A stretch of 64,000 bases of DNA, taken from assembly GCA_963514005.1 (NCBI GenBank), contig OY740823.1, positions 8,122,001 to 8,186,000 on the forward strand. Direction: 5' to 3'. This DNA is from Raja brachyura (taxonomy: Eukaryota). The notes below the pieces were generated by a model. The model saw only the letters and a list, made by a program, of their open reading frames with translations, was not told the DNA's origin and searched no databases. The translations under genes and the position numbers were made by a program. Positions 1-13,472 of the stretch are shown here, in pieces. Numbering within the stretch: the first letter of the stretch is position 1; the number at the start of each line of letters is the position of its first letter.

Positions 1-64
1 GTTCACAGGTCCAGATCCGCCAGCACACCACAGCTCGGAGGAGTTCGGTGAGGAGGAGTGTGGT

Positions 65-1628
65 GTGCCGCCAGAGCAGGGGGACCCTGCCATGGCAGTC
101 AGGTTGTCAGCGGGCTCGCTGGCGACCTCGAGCAGGGCGCGTGCCGTTGCACGGCCTGTTCCACTCAGCCCTCCGAGAAGGGGGAGGGGAGGAGCCCAGA
201 AGCCTAACCCTGTTAGGGCTAAGGCATTGCCTGTCGCGGAGGAGCGGTCAGGTTCCAGGGCGAGACCCGGGGCGGCTGTGAGGTCCAGCCGGCACACCCC
301 GACTCTCGACGCCGGGACGGGTCGGTTGAGTCGGGTCTCGTCGCGGTCGCCGAGCCCCCCATGGATGGGTGGGCGGCACCATGCGTCGGCAACGTCCACG
401 ATGTGGGCAGCCGGCAAGACTGCGCGGGCCCCAGGCAGCCATGCTTCGGCTGGTGCCGACACCTCGCCGCATGTGCCCTTAGTGGCAGCGGCTTCAGCTC
501 TCGCTAAACGGAGGCGATTGAACACGCCCGCGCAGGAATCGCGCAGTTTCGCCTCGGCGGCTGTTAGCGACAACTACCGGCACCGGCAGGGCCTCGACGA
601 GGTGCGGGCCGATGACAGGAGCCCGGTTTTCTTTTCAGAGCCGGAGGACTCCGACCACCTGAGTGTTCAGGGTGAAGGGCGTATTGACCGTATGGAGCGG
701 CTGCTGGAGCTTCTGCTTCTATGACGAGCTACTAAAGCGTCAACAACAGCAGGGCAGCAACAGGCACAGGGCGTCTTCACCAACATCTACTATCAGCCTG
801 GAGCAGCACGAGGAGGAGGTTCTGGTGGATCCCGTACCACCTCCGGTGGAGGTGCCAGCGGAGGAACTTTTGGATGTGGCGACCAAATTCGCGGCCCCAC
901 ATACGGCTGGTCTTCCTCTCAATTCAAAGCTGGCAGCCACAGTGGACTTTCTTAATAATCAGGTGCTGCAGGAAGAAGTCCTCATCCAGGCTATGAGCCG
1001 TCACAAGGCTCCATCAAACTGCAACTCCCTCAACGTGCCTGTGGTCAATACGCCAATATGGGGCAACATCAGTGCGGCTATCCGTCAACAAGAGCTACAA
1101 TTGCAGCGGATCCTGAAACTCCTCACGGCCGGTATTACCGCCTTTGCGCGGTCGGTGGACGAGGACGAGCTGAATTTGGACCAGGAAGATGCTCTGGCCT
1201 TATTGTGCGCGACCCAGCACGAAATCAACGGGTTTCGCAAAAACAGCATCCGCCCAGCACTCAACCCGAAGTTTGCAGGATTGTGCAAACCACCGCCGCC
1301 GCCGCCGCCCCGTCAGCTCTTTGGTGAGGACCTCTCGAAGAGAGTCAAAGAGCTTGACGAACAAGCCAAAACGGTGGGGATCATGCGCTCTAAGAGTGCC
1401 CCCACACCGTCCGGCTCAATAGCTCCATACATTCGCTCACGAGGGTCGGCCAGGGCCTCGACGAGGACTCACCCTCTAGCTCCACAACGACAACAACACC
1501 AGAACCAGCACCAAGGGTCTTTTTTAGGACAGGGTCGGCAGAGACCTTTTTGGAAATCGAAGACGCCGCGCCCTCAAGCCAACCCAGCACCTCCACGGCC
1601 ACCCACACGTGTCAAGGACCGCCGGTAA
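65..1628 (+). pseudogene. gag: DIRS1 gag-like ORF, frameshifted near 720
   Basis: ORFs 65-724 and 663-1628 together align with the intact gag of copy B (RIDRMERLLE; NC.SLNVP.VN.PIWGN; PALNPKFAGLCKP; LFGEDL). Confidence 0.8.
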
Positions 1629-3469
1629 CCACGGAGGTGAGGGGGTCTGGTTCTCTCTTTTCTCTCTGTTTCACTTCCCATGTTGGTGGTCGTTTACGGT
1701 TGTTTTTGGATGCATGGGGTAATTTTACTGGTGATGAGTATGTGTTGCGGAATATTCAGGGGCATAAAATTGAGTTTATTAATGGCGACACTCCTCCATC
1801 CCAGCACATGCCTGGTCGTACGTTCAAATTGTCTGCTGCAGAACAGGCAGCAGGTTATAAGGAAATTTTAAGTCTGGAACAGAAGGGTGTGATTGAGAAA
1901 ACGGTGCATGAGCCAATTGAATTTGTTTCAAACATATTTACTAGACCTAAGAAGGATGGAGGCTGTCGTGTCATCATTGATCTAACCCGTTTGAATACGT
2001 TTGTAACATATACTCATTTTAAAATGGATACGTTTGAAACAGCCAAATCATTGATTTCTCATGGCTGCTTTATGGCATGCATTGATTTAAGGGATGCATA
2101 TTATTCAGTATCCATCCAGAAATATGATAGAAGGTTTTTGAAATTTATCTGGATGGGGCAACTTTGGCAGTATAAGGCTTTGCCTAATGGGCTCACTACA
2201 GCCCCTAGATTGTTCACTAAATTGGTGAAGCCAATCATGGCTTATTTGAGACAAAGACATCATATAGTTATGGCCTATTTAGATGATGTCTTTATTGTGG
2301 GCCACACCCTGCAATTGGCTGAACAGGGTGTTGCAGCTGCTGTCAATATATTTCAACAATTAGGATTCATTGTCCATCCAGAGAAGTCGAAGTTCTGCCC
2401 TGCCCAGGTAATTAATTACCTAGGGTTCACGGTGAACTCAATGAGCATGAGGATAACTATACCAATTAACAAAATTGAGGAAGTCACTCAGGTGTGCAGA
2501 GATTTAATTGGCACCAATATACCATCGATTCGGCATACAGCCACAGTAATTGGCAAGTTAGTGGCTTTGTTTCCGGCAGCACGATATGGACCTTTGCATT
2601 ATCAGAATTTGCAAAGAGCTAAAATTACTGCGTTAAAATGGAACACTGGTCATTACGATCGATCTATGCAGCTGCCGTCCGAAGCGATAACTGAGTTGCA
2701 ATGGTGGGTGTGTCACATTAGCAACTCATTTAAGCCTGTTAGGGAGGCTAATCCGGTGGTATATTTACAGACTGATGCAAGCTCCAATGGCTGGGGAGCT
2801 ACTGATAATTGCTCTAGTTGTGGGGGCAGATGGGACACCCTTGAGGCATCGATGTTGTTGACTCAAGGGATTAACTATTTGGAGTTGCTGGCAGCATTCC
2901 ACGGACTTCGTGCATATTGTTCCAAGCTTGTTGGAGCACACGTCCGTCTCCAAATAGACAACACCACAGCTGTGGCATATTTAAACCATATGGGTGGTAC
3001 CAGGTCAGTTTCGTGTGACAAATTGGCTAACTCAATTTGGCTCTGGTGTGTTCAAAGAGACATTTGGATTTCAGCTACCTATTTGCCAGGTGAGCTTAAT
3101 ACTGTGGCGGACACCAGGTCACGCAAATTTAATGACAACATTGAATGGATGTTGCATCCTGAGATTTTTTCTAAAGTCACAGCCAAATTTGGTAAACCGG
3201 ACATTGACCTTTTTGCGTCACGGTTAAACCATCAGGTACCAGCCTACGTTTCATGGGAACCAGATCCTGGGGCAATAGCGCTAGATGCATTCTCGCTGGA
3301 CTGGGGGAATTGGGTTTTCTATGCCTTCCCTCCGTTTTGCCTCATCAGTCGGGTATTGGGAAAGATTCAGGCAGATGCTGCCAAGGGCATCCTTATTATA
3401 CCCGACTGGCCCACACAGCCTTGGTATCCGGTGGTCTTTGACATGCTCAACGAACCTTGGGTCCTTTAG
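1550..3469 (+). CDS. pol: DIRS1 reverse transcriptase / RNase H / Dam-like methyltransferase ORF (stops slightly early)
   Basis: RT motifs IDLRDAY, LPNGL, YLDD; RNase H motifs LQTDAS, INYLEL, IDNTTAV, ADTRSR; C-terminal DIDLFAS...YAFPPF methyltransferase-like domain. Confidence 0.9.
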   Translation: MEIEDAAPSSQPSTSTATHTCQGPPVTTEVRGSGSLFSLCFTSHVGGRLRLFLDAWGNFTGDEYVLRNIQGHKIEFINGDTPPSQHMPGRTFKLSAAEQAAGYKEILSLEQKGVIEKTVHEPIEFVSNIFTRPKKDGGCRVIIDLTRLNTFVTYTHFKMDTFETAKSLISHGCFMACIDLRDAYYSVSIQKYDRRFLKFIWMGQLWQYKALPNGLTTAPRLFTKLVKPIMAYLRQRHHIVMAYLDDVFIVGHTLQLAEQGVAAAVNIFQQLGFIVHPEKSKFCPAQVINYLGFTVNSMSMRITIPINKIEEVTQVCRDLIGTNIPSIRHTATVIGKLVALFPAARYGPLHYQNLQRAKITALKWNTGHYDRSMQLPSEAITELQWWVCHISNSFKPVREANPVVYLQTDASSNGWGATDNCSSCGGRWDTLEASMLLTQGINYLELLAAFHGLRAYCSKLVGAHVRLQIDNTTAVAYLNHMGGTRSVSCDKLANSIWLWCVQRDIWISATYLPGELNTVADTRSRKFNDNIEWMLHPEIFSKVTAKFGKPDIDLFASRLNHQVPAYVSWEPDPGAIALDAFSLDWGNWVFYAFPPFCLISRVLGKIQADAAKGILIIPDWPTQPWYPVVFDMLNEPWVL

Positions 3470-4535
3470 AAGGGTTGTCCACAATTGGTTACTCACCCTG
3501 TCTCAGGGGAGCCGCATCCCTGCCATGGCTATTTAAATTTGTTGGCTTGCAGGTTCTGAACAGGCCGTTAGTCCAATACGGCCTCTCGGCTCGGACCATG
3601 GATACCACCAGGGCGTCGTGTCGAGAGTCTACAAGGCGAAGATACCGCTTGCATATTAAGAAGTGGGAAGCCTACTGCAGCCGCTCTCGCATCACGTACG
3701 ATGACGTGACAACAACCGACGTCCTGGAATTCCTCGCGGGGTTGCACCATGATGAACACTTAAGTTACAGTGCCATCAACAGCGCCAGAAGTGCGCTATC
3801 GTTCTACCTCAGTTGGAGGTAGGATCCAACAGGCTAGTGTCCAGACTCATGCGGGGTATATTCAATATGAATCCGCCTACACCACGCTATAATATCACCT
3901 GGGATGTCAGGGACGTATTAACCCTGCTCAGGACGTGGTCTCCCATGGAAGGGCTCCAACTGGACCAACTCACCATGAAGCTGGTGATGTTACTAGCGCT
4001 GACTTCAGCTCAGAGGGTACAGACACTACACAAACTGCGTGTCGACAAAATGACAGCTACCCCTACAGAAGTAGTCTTTTTCGTTGACGAGCTACTAAAG
4101 CAGCATAGACCTGGGTGCACAGGGCTGCAGCTGAAGTTCCCGGCATACCCCGCAGATGCTAGGCTATGTTTAGTCTCACATATCCGCCACTATGTCAAAG
4201 TGACGGCACGCATCAGAGGAATGGAGAGATACCTGCTTGTCACTCACAAGAGACCTCATCATCGAGTGACAGTCCAGACGATATCCATGTGGCTTCCAGT
4301 CGTCTTGGGTAAGTCAGGTATCGACACTAATGTGTTCAAGTCTCTTTCCACCAGGGCTGCATCGACGTCAAGGGCGAGGGTCATGGAGGTGCCCATGGAC
4401 CAAATTCTCGCCACAGCAGGATGGGCTAATGAAGCTGTGTTCCAGCGTTTTTATAACAAGCCTGTTGCTGCTCCTCTACGGTTCGCAGAAGCCGTGCTGA
4501 ATGCAGGTCACGAACGTGGAGATGTCCCCGCATGA
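3457..4535 (+). pseudogene. DIRS1 tyrosine recombinase, frameshift/deletion near 3815
   Basis: Split ORFs 3457-3822 and 3813-4535; SAINSARSALS, SAQRVQTLH, STRAASTS (His of H-x-x-R reads Leu), AGW...F.RFY. Confidence 0.85.
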
Positions 4536-4674
4536 GGGGTTTTGTTTTGTTGTTAATAACTCTGCTCTTGTTTTGCAGTATGAACTATTGAGCAAGTTTG
4601 TTCCTCCCATCCATCCCTGGTAGTGGTGTGTCAGCATGGACGTGGTCCAGGGCGTGTAATCACAGAAGCTTTGA

Positions 4675-5011
4675 AGTCTTCACGAAGTCACTCACGTGAC
4701 TCCGAAATGAAATAGTAAGATTGAACGAGAACTTACCAGTTCGAAGGTTGATCTTTATTTCATGAGGAGTCGAAGTGAGGGATTTCGTGCCCTCCTCGCC
4801 CAACCCTCAATCACCTTCATCTGGTAATCTTAGTCAATTCAATCATACTATGCGAAGTCATTTCTATTGTTGGTTCTGTGATTCCACGCCGCTACTTTGA
4901 AGTATGTCGAGCATGCGCGTCGGCGGGCTCTTCACGAAATCCCTCACTTCGACTCCTCATGAAATAAAGATCAACCTTCGAACTGGTAAGTTCTCGTTCA
5001 ATCTTACTATT
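4675..5011. repeat. DIRS1 internal complementary region (ICR) and right terminal repeat
   Basis: 4711-4789 is the exact reverse complement of 4933-5011; 4678-4712 resembles the complement of the left terminus seen in copy B (46017-46051). Confidence 0.9.
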
Positions 5012-5714
5012 CCTCAAGATTACTGTGATTTGAGGCAACATTGTAAGTCTCCCATTGTAACATCTTTAACTGACAGAGCACTGCCTGGACCCTTTATCCC
5101 ACAATGTTTATAATTCCTGAAAAGGAAGTACATTTGAAACCTTCAGTTATTTCACTGAAACATATGCCATTGTTTATCTCTTGGCACTCATTATCTAGTT
5201 TCCAAATTTGTCCTTGCCAGCATTGCACAGATGCTGAACAATAAATCAATATAAGTTCTGACTTGTCGAGTTTGTCATCAATCCTCTAGATGTTATGACC
5301 CCAATATCAGACTCAACTAACTCGCTCCCTAACATGACGTACAATTCCACCAGCACATGCTGCAGCCTCTGTGTGTGGCGGGGAGGTGATGGAGCAAACT
5401 GTTGGTCTCATATCATCTGTTGGTCACTGCTGCACATCCACCTGTTTGTTCTATGACAGTCCCATATCCGGCATTGGACAAGTTGTGTCTATCACCATTG
5501 GACATTGTTCCACGGATAGTGTTTACAGCAGGGAATCGGGACACCTGTCCTGACTGGTTCATGCTGGTATTTCTGTTCAACCACCAGCTTCCTCCCATCC
5601 CTCTCTCTCACACCGCTCAGTGTGTCCTTCCAATCCTCTCCCATTGTCTGATTATCCAGCTTCCCCTTCTCCAACCTCTCCCAGTGGTAGGGAGTTTCAC
5701 CTTCCTGTCTCTCT

Positions 5715-6010
5715 CCGGGGTGAAGTTTCCCTGAATTGTGTTTGATTTCTCAGTGACAGTTCTGTATCAGTGACACTGCATCCAGTTCCAGCCACTAGTG
5801 GAAGCACCTGGTCCCATCAAACCCTTTTGTAACATTGAGAACGTCCACCAGATCAACTCTCATCCTTCTCATTCCCAGGCTGGACAGTGTTACTGGCTGG
5901 GACCACTCCTTGTAAATCTGTAATGACCCTTCTTCAGCACCACGGTAACCAGAAACGTGTGCTGTGTCCCAAGTGTGTTCTGACCAGGGCTGCTGACAAG
6001 GTTAACATAA
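5715..6010 (-). mobile_element. old, degenerate CR1 LINE 3' fragment
   Basis: Weak similarity to the reverse complement of the CR1 ORF2 tail present elsewhere in the window (GTAACCAGAAAC...CCCAAGTGTGTTCTGACCAG...AAGGTTAACATAAC). Confidence 0.35.
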
Positions 6011-8342
6011 CTCCTGCACTTTCCACTCCGTCCCACTGGACAGGAGCCCAGGGTTGCATTTACGTCAGTGACCTTGTTAATGTCCATGGGTGCCGGTGTG
6101 ACTGAGCACAGGGGATGTGGTGGGAGGGCTCAGAGTGGGGACGTGTGCATCATCTCCATGTTCTCACACAACACTGCAGTGATCCGGCACTGTGCTCTCC
6201 CTCCTGCAAGGGGGAATGTGGGCGTGAGTACATCTGATGGAGCTCATCTGTGTTTCCTGTTTCAGGCAGTCCTGCAGGAGGAGACGGCTGATACCCTGAT
6301 CCACCACCGTGTGGGGAATCTGCTGCCCAGACCCAGGCTCAATGCTGCTGCAATTTCCCACTTCAGCCCCCACCTGCTCCGGACCAATAAATGAGGAGAT
6401 TAATTCTTCACATAAAGTTGTTTGTTACCATTGATTTAACAGTTGAATTAATTTTTTTTGATATATATTTTTATTAGAGTAGGTAAGCAGTGAATGAGCA
6501 AACACATATTATGATAGCAATATTTGGTGTACAGCAATCATACATTATTAATATTATCAAATGAATCATATTGTCTCTAATAATTTTTTTTTATAAATGG
6601 AGAGAAATACAGAGAGAAAAATAAAGTAAAAATCAAAAATAAATCATAAAGAATGGAATAAGTTACCATTAATATATCATTGGAGATAAGATCAAGGAAT
6701 ATAGAATATAACTTTTTATCTAATCCTGAGCCCAAGTTTCAGTTAGGGTTCCCCGCTGAACCGATCTACCCCTTTAAATAATCAATGAAAGAAGACCATA
6801 TTCTAACGAAAACTTCTTGTTTGTCCATTAGGGCAAATCTAATTCTTTCCAGGTGTAGGGTCTCCGACATTTCCGCAATCCACATTTTAATTGTGGGGGA
6901 TATAGGGCCTTTCCAAAATTTTAATGTTAATTTCTTCTCAATTATTATACTATAATCTAGGACATTTCTTTGACTTGTTGTAAGTGTTAAACATTGTTCT
7001 GATATTCCAAGTATTATTAATTTTGAGTCCGGATCCAATTTACTATTAGTAACTTCAGAAGTTATTCTAAAAATCTCAGTCCAGAAATTCTTAATTTTTA
7101 CACAATTTGCAAAAGTATGTATTAAATTAGCCTCTGGATGCTGACATTTATCGCAGATAGAGGAGACTTGTGGGAAGATTCTATTCAATTTAACTTTTGG
7201 GTAATATAATCTATGTAATACTTTAAATTGTATTAAAGCATGTCTGGTATATAACGAACATTGGTGTATATATTGTAACTTTTGTCCCATATATCTTTTG
7301 TTATGGGTTGGTTTATTTCATTTTCCCATGTATGTCTATATGCTTCCGTTGTTGGTATCTCGCTATCTAAAAGGATATTATAAATATAAGTTGTTAGTTT
7401 TTCTGTATTAGGATGCTTATTCAAACATTCATCAAGGATTTCTGGTTCCTTATTCCTATAAGCTTGTGTATTTGATTTAACACAATCTCTGAGTTGTAGA
7501 TATCGAACAAAATTATTTGAGTGTAATCCATACATCTGTTGTAATTCCTGAAATAAAAGAAAAGTGCCTTTCTTATAAAGGTGTTCCATCTTTTTGATTC
7601 CATAATTTTTCCATTGTGTAAATCCTTTATCCAGCATGGAAGGTTTGAATAAGGGATTGTTTACAATAGGGAGATAGAGTGGTATATTATCCAATTTTAA
7701 GGCCTTTTTTAGTTGTTTCCAGATTTGTGGACCACTATATATTATAGGGTTTTCCCTATAGGTTTTTTTGTGCAATTTTGTCGGTGCAAATATAATCGAA
7801 CCGATTTCAAAAGGTAAACAGTCCTCCTTTTCCATCCTTAACCAGTCTGGTTGTTGATCCATTTCTTCCAGCCAAAAATTCATGTTTTTAATATGGACTG
7901 CCCAAAAATAAAACAGGAAATTTGGTAGAGCTAAACCTCCATTAATCTTTGATTTTCATAAATGTTTTTAATGTATTCTATGATTCTTGTAGTTCCAGAT
8001 GAAACTTGTAACAGTAGAGTCTACTTTTTAAAAAAAAAGATTTTGGAATATATTTGGGGATTGACTGAAATAAGTACAATAATTGTGGCAGAAAGATCAT
8101 TTTTATAGCATTAATTCTACCAAACATTGAAGTAGGAAGTGTTTTCCAGTATTGAATATTCTTAATTAGTTTATTCAGTAAAGGTGGGAAATTTGATTTA
8201 AATAAAGAAGTATACGCCATAGTTACATAAATACCTAGATATTTAAATTATTCCTCAACTATTTTAAAAGGTGATTGTTGTAGTTTATGTAAATTGAGTT
8301 CCGTTTTTGGCATGATTTCGCTTTTATTCCAATTAATTCTAT

Positions 8343-9185
8343 ATAACCATATAACAATTACAGCACGGAAACAGGCCATCTCGGCCCTTCAAGTCCGTGC
8401 CGAACAGCTTTTTTCCCTTAGTCCCACCTGCCTGCACTCATACCATAACCCTCCATACCCTTCTCATCCATATGCCTATCCAATTTATTTTTAAATGATA
8501 TCAACGAACCTGCCGCCACCACTTCCACTGGAAGCTCATTCCACACCGCTACCACTCTCTGAGTAAAGAAGTTCCCCCTCATGTTACCCCTAAACCTCTG
8601 TCCCTTCATTCTAAAGTCATGTCCTCTTGTTTGAATCTTCCCTATTCTCAAAGGGAAAAGCTTGTCCACATCAACTCTGTCTATCCCTCTCATCATTTTA
8701 AAGACCTCTATCAAGTCCCCCCTTAACCTTCTACGCTCCAGAGAATAAAGACCTAACTTATTCAACCTATCTCTGTAACTTAGCTGTTGAAACCCAGGCA
8801 ACATTCTAGTAAATCGCCTCTGTACCCTCTCTATTTTGTTGACATCCTTCCTATAATTGGGTGACCAAAATTGTACACCATACTCCAGATTTGGTCTCAC
8901 CAATGCCTTGTACAATTTTAACATTACATCCCAGCTTCTATACTCAATGCTCTGATTTATAAAGGCTAGCATACCAAAAGCTTTCTTTACCACCCTATCT
9001 ATATGAGATTCCACCTTCAAGGAACTATGCACGGTTATTCCCAGATCCCTCTGTTCAACTGTATTCTTCAATTCCCTACCGTTTACAATGTACGTCCTAT
9101 TTTGATTTATCCTGCCAAGGTGTAGCACCTCACATTTATCAGCATTAATGCCAAGGTGTAGCACCTCACATTTATCAGCATTAAG
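8343..9185 (-). mobile_element. young 5'-truncated CR1 LINE, (TATATGGT)n-tail family
   Basis: Open ORF2 C-terminus (KCEVLHLG...RRRLRGDLIEVFK...TRGH); nearly identical to 14053-15557; interrupts L1 at SGY|RINW. Confidence 0.92.
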
Positions 9186-11649
9186 CATATCCTGAGAACT
9201 GACCGAATTGAGCTATTCGATTTAGTAAATTTGGAATACTAATTTCTACACCCTCTAGAAAGATTACATTTAGTTGATAACATTTGGTTTGTTAGTATTC
9301 TAGCTGTTGGGTTAGAGTATAAAAGTTTAACCCATGTACAGTACTTCTCTCACGGTTGAAATTTTTCCATCACAGAAAATAAATATTACCATTCTACTTG
9401 ATCGAAGGCTTTTTCAGCATCTAGTGAAATAATTGCTAGATCTGCATTAGCAATTCTATTAAATAATCGTCTCAGATTGTACAATGAGTGACGTTTTGGG
9501 ATAAAGCCTGTTTGGTCAGGGTGTATTAATTTGTTAATCACTGTGAGAAAAGGGGTTAACAGACATGGTTGATTTAAACTAGGAATAGAAAAATTGTTAG
9601 CAATGAGGAAGGTTACTAACAGCTGTAAGGTAACGAACAACACTTTGTATCATCGCAGCTTAAAAGGGAAAAGTTGGAAAATGAAGGTTGCTTGGTTTTG
9701 CTTATGTTTCTATAGATTTCTTTTCAGTAAAGTTAATTTGGAAAATTGTTACTAGTACTAGGAATTGGAAGTTTAAAAATAGTGGTGAGAATGGATTGAA
9801 AAAAATTGGAAATAAGTTAATTGCTGAAACATGACCAGCTTTTGTGGTTTGTTTAGATAAACATTCTGGTTGGAGAAGGGTAATGATTGTTTGCTGAGAT
9901 TTTCAGAGACAGTTGTGACGAAGTGGCTCAAAGAAAGCACTTTCAAGATATTAAAGAAGGAACTGCAGATGCTGGAGAATCGAGGGTACACAAAAAGTTG
10001 GAGAAACTCAGCGGGTGCAACAGCATCTAAGGAGCGAAGGAGATAGGCGATGTTTCGGGTCGAGACCCTTCAAGATAAATGTGTGACAAGATGGAAGTGT
10101 TAATTACGAATTATATGTCACAGATAAGTTGGAAAGATGGGAAAAGGGGAGAGGAAAGGAATTAGATGTACTTAAGCAGTTTAGAGAGGAAAGGAGAGAG
10201 AGGCAGTGAGGAGGTAACAGAAGGAGGAAACGACAGGTGTGAACGTAATAAATCAGGAGGAGTCAGTGGAAAATTTTAAAAGAAAGGTGAATACATTTGC
10301 AAAGGAGGGTAAACTATCTGAGAAGTAAGAAATTGAGTTTAGAATGAGAAAGAAGGCATATCAGAAAGGATTAAAGTGGGGAACAAAGGGATAAATTGAT
10401 GAGACTGCTTTAAAAAGATAAGAGCAGGCCAGACACAGATTATCCTTTGGGGCACCCATAAACTGAGAGGGCTAAAAAAAAAATACCTTACCCAATATTC
10501 CCGATGGGGCAGGAAATGGATTATGGCTTTGGAGGAGGAGAACGTGGGACGATTATTGGCTATGGGAGATTTGAAGGCACTGTTGGTGAAAGTGATAGGA
10601 ACCACTAAACTGACAGAACCCCTGAAGATGGCTGGTAGAAAAATGCTGTGAACAATGCAATAAACAATGGCATGCTGTTTGATACAATCAGGCAGGGGGT
10701 ATGGCAGGCCCTCAGACAATAATCCAGCAACCTATCTGGAGAACAAGCTGAAAAGGTGGAGACTGGAAACTGAACAAGAAATAGAAGGCAACCAGTTAAT
10801 GAACACTATATTCTGAACCACTGTGGTGGATGTCATTCCTTCTAAAGTCAAGTCTAGATTGGAGGAGGTGGTGGGATTGTCATCTATTTCCCACCCCGGA
10901 TTCAGTGATCATTTGGTCAATGAGGTTGAGAAATATCACAAAGATAGGAAAAAGACTTGCAGACCAGCAGGAAGAGGTGCAGCAGGTAGAATATTTTGGA
11001 CGAGTAATATCTAAAGAAGTAAAAGCTATAGTGCAGGATCAATTTGAAGTGATGCATCAGGATGAATTAGACTTTAAGGTAATCAAATTGGAAGCTTGCC
11101 TGCAATCTTGCGTAGCTCAGTTGGCAGAAATTAAGGCTTTAAGAGCAGCATGTGTACATGGAGTCTGGCACATGTTTGGAGCAGTAGGGAAACAGAAAGG
11201 CTTCGAGAAAAGCAACGGAGACCCCATGCAAAGTTAGCAGTATCACCATATGAGATGTTATTAGGGCTCCCATACTTAGGGAAGGTAGAAGGAGTTCCAA
11301 CAATGCGATGGCTGTGATGTATTCTTAAGGAACTATTTACTGGCAGTGTCCCAATTTCTTGCAGAACTAAAAATTAAAGGATTGCTGGCCCAGAGCCCAC
11401 CACTGGACTTCCCAATTCACTCAGTCAAGGCTGGAGGCTGGGTATAAATAAAAAACGTGGAAAGAAGAAAAGCTGCAACCTGGTGTTACTAATCACCGTG
11501 ACAGCAGTACGAACAAGAGAGAAAAGATGGACACACGCAAGTCGAGTTAAGGGTCCTGTGAAGGCCCCACCAGACAATGTCAGACCGTGGACTGTGCGCA
11601 AAGGAGAGGAATAATTGACTTTTATATTTACCAGGAACCCGCGGGAAAA

Positions 11650-13472
11650 ATGAAGATTTCATGTTGGTGGGTCGTGTGTTGGGAAATCACCCAACTTGTA
11701 AGTAATGTAACATGCATAAAAACCACAATACCACAGAATAGAAGGTCCACCACCATCCCATTTGATGTATGTAAAGGAAAATGATGGTGCAGCTATAGAA
11801 TGTATGTATGCACCCATCCCTGTAAAGATTGGCACGCGGTGTTCACTTCATCAAAATACGGGTGGCATCGGACCACCTATCAAACTGATAGGTGGAAAGT
11901 GTATCAAAACCTGACCGAGAAATTACCAGGACGCGTATATGTGAGCATACAGAGTGTTCAAATGCAGGAAAGTGGTAGATATTGGATATAGAACAAGGAA
12001 GGATGCATGTCTTAAGTTTGAGATAGAAGTGAAGTGGTATGGATAGAGAGTAAGATATGAGGAGAAGGGAGAGGTGTTCAAGATAGATGACAGTCAGAAT
12101 AGGGATCCCGGGGCAAAACCAGCACCACCAGCAGTCAGCAATGTAAATAGGGAAAATGAGCCTAAGGATCTGAAGATAATGATAGTAGCAGGAGAAACAT
12201 GATTAAGGCAGTTATATGAGAAGGGAACACCAACAGGGGGAAAAGGAGCCAACACCTGGTTAGCCTGGATGATGTGCACAGCTAGACATATACAACGAAC
12301 CAATTGTTACGCCTGCGCCGGAGCCAGGCCTCAGCTGGTCCCAGTACCATTTCCGCTGAATTGGGATAGAACACCTGGGGCTATGTCATGTATACTACAG
12401 CTATTCACGAATCCCATCTTACCAAAGAATGCAATATGCCAGAGTTATCATTACCTATTTCCGACCAGCAACAACAATACGAAGGGCCGAAGGGAAGACC
12501 CTAGACCTCCTCCATTTATCATTCCTCTTGGGAAGGAGGGATTTGAGTGCTATACAAGAGATAACCCAGAGGGACAGGACATGGGGAAGGTGCTCAACTG
12601 CAATCAGACGTATAACATAACGGCTGAGGAACAGGGGCCACTGTTCAATAGCAGTGGAACATGCTGTAGAACGCAAGGAAGGAAACCGACGACAAAAAAG
12701 AAAGGTGAAGGGATCATTCGACACACACATCTATATAGATGCGATAGGAGTGCCAAGAAGGGTACCCGATGAATTCAAAGCCAGAAACCAGATAGCTGCG
12801 GGCTTTGAGTCCATGCTCTTCTGGTGGTCCACAATTAATAAAAATGTGGACTGGATCAACTACTTATACTACAATCAACAACGCTTTATAAATTACACTC
12901 GAGATGCAGTTGAAGGATTAGCGCAACAACTGACAGCTATCAGCCAAATGACCTGGCAAAATCGCATGGCCTTGGACATGCTACTGGCTGAGAAGGGAGG
13001 GGTGTGTGTGACGTTTGGCGAACAATATTGCACATTCATCCCCAACAACACTGCTCCGGATGGGTCATTGTCAAGAGCCCTAGCAGGTCTCACCTCTCTG
13101 TCTATCGAATTGGCTGAGAACTCTGGAGAAGACACCTCCTGGACTGGGTTTCTAGAATCCTGGTTTGGGAAATGGAAGCACATCTTTACATCAACCCTAA
13201 CATCAGTGGTAGTCATGGTGGGATTACTGTGTTTGTTTGGATGCTGTATCATTCCCTGCGTACAGGGGTTGGCCCAGAGATTGATAGAAACAGCCCTGAC
13301 AAAGAACAGCGCTGCCACCATAATGGCTTTCAGAACACAGTATGACCAACGAGAGGGGGACCAACGAGATGGAGGCGAAGAATCTGTTGATAGCATTAGA
13401 AATGGAGGATGTAGTGTAAATCAAAAGTTGCGTGGCAAAAAGAAAATGATGGATTGTGAGAAAAGGGGTTAA
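11650..13472 (+). pseudogene. env: retroviral env of ERV copy 1 (stops, deletions)
   Basis: CYAC motif, RQKR furin site, ISD QNRMALDMLLAEKGG, CX6CC mutated to CX6YC; internal deletion near 12650 relative to copy 2. Confidence 0.9.

Larger units (their letters stand above)
1..5011 (+). mobile_element. DIRS1-type tyrosine-recombinase retrotransposon (copy A); 5' end lies outside the window
   Basis: Overlapping gag, RT-RNaseH-methyltransferase and YR ORFs, then an internal complementary region and right terminus (79-bp perfect inverted repeat, 4711-4789 vs 4933-5011). Confidence 0.93.

Noticed and set aside
3195-3430. Dam-like methyltransferase as a bacterial transfer or novel system
   Set aside because: An established domain of DIRS1 pol ORFs.
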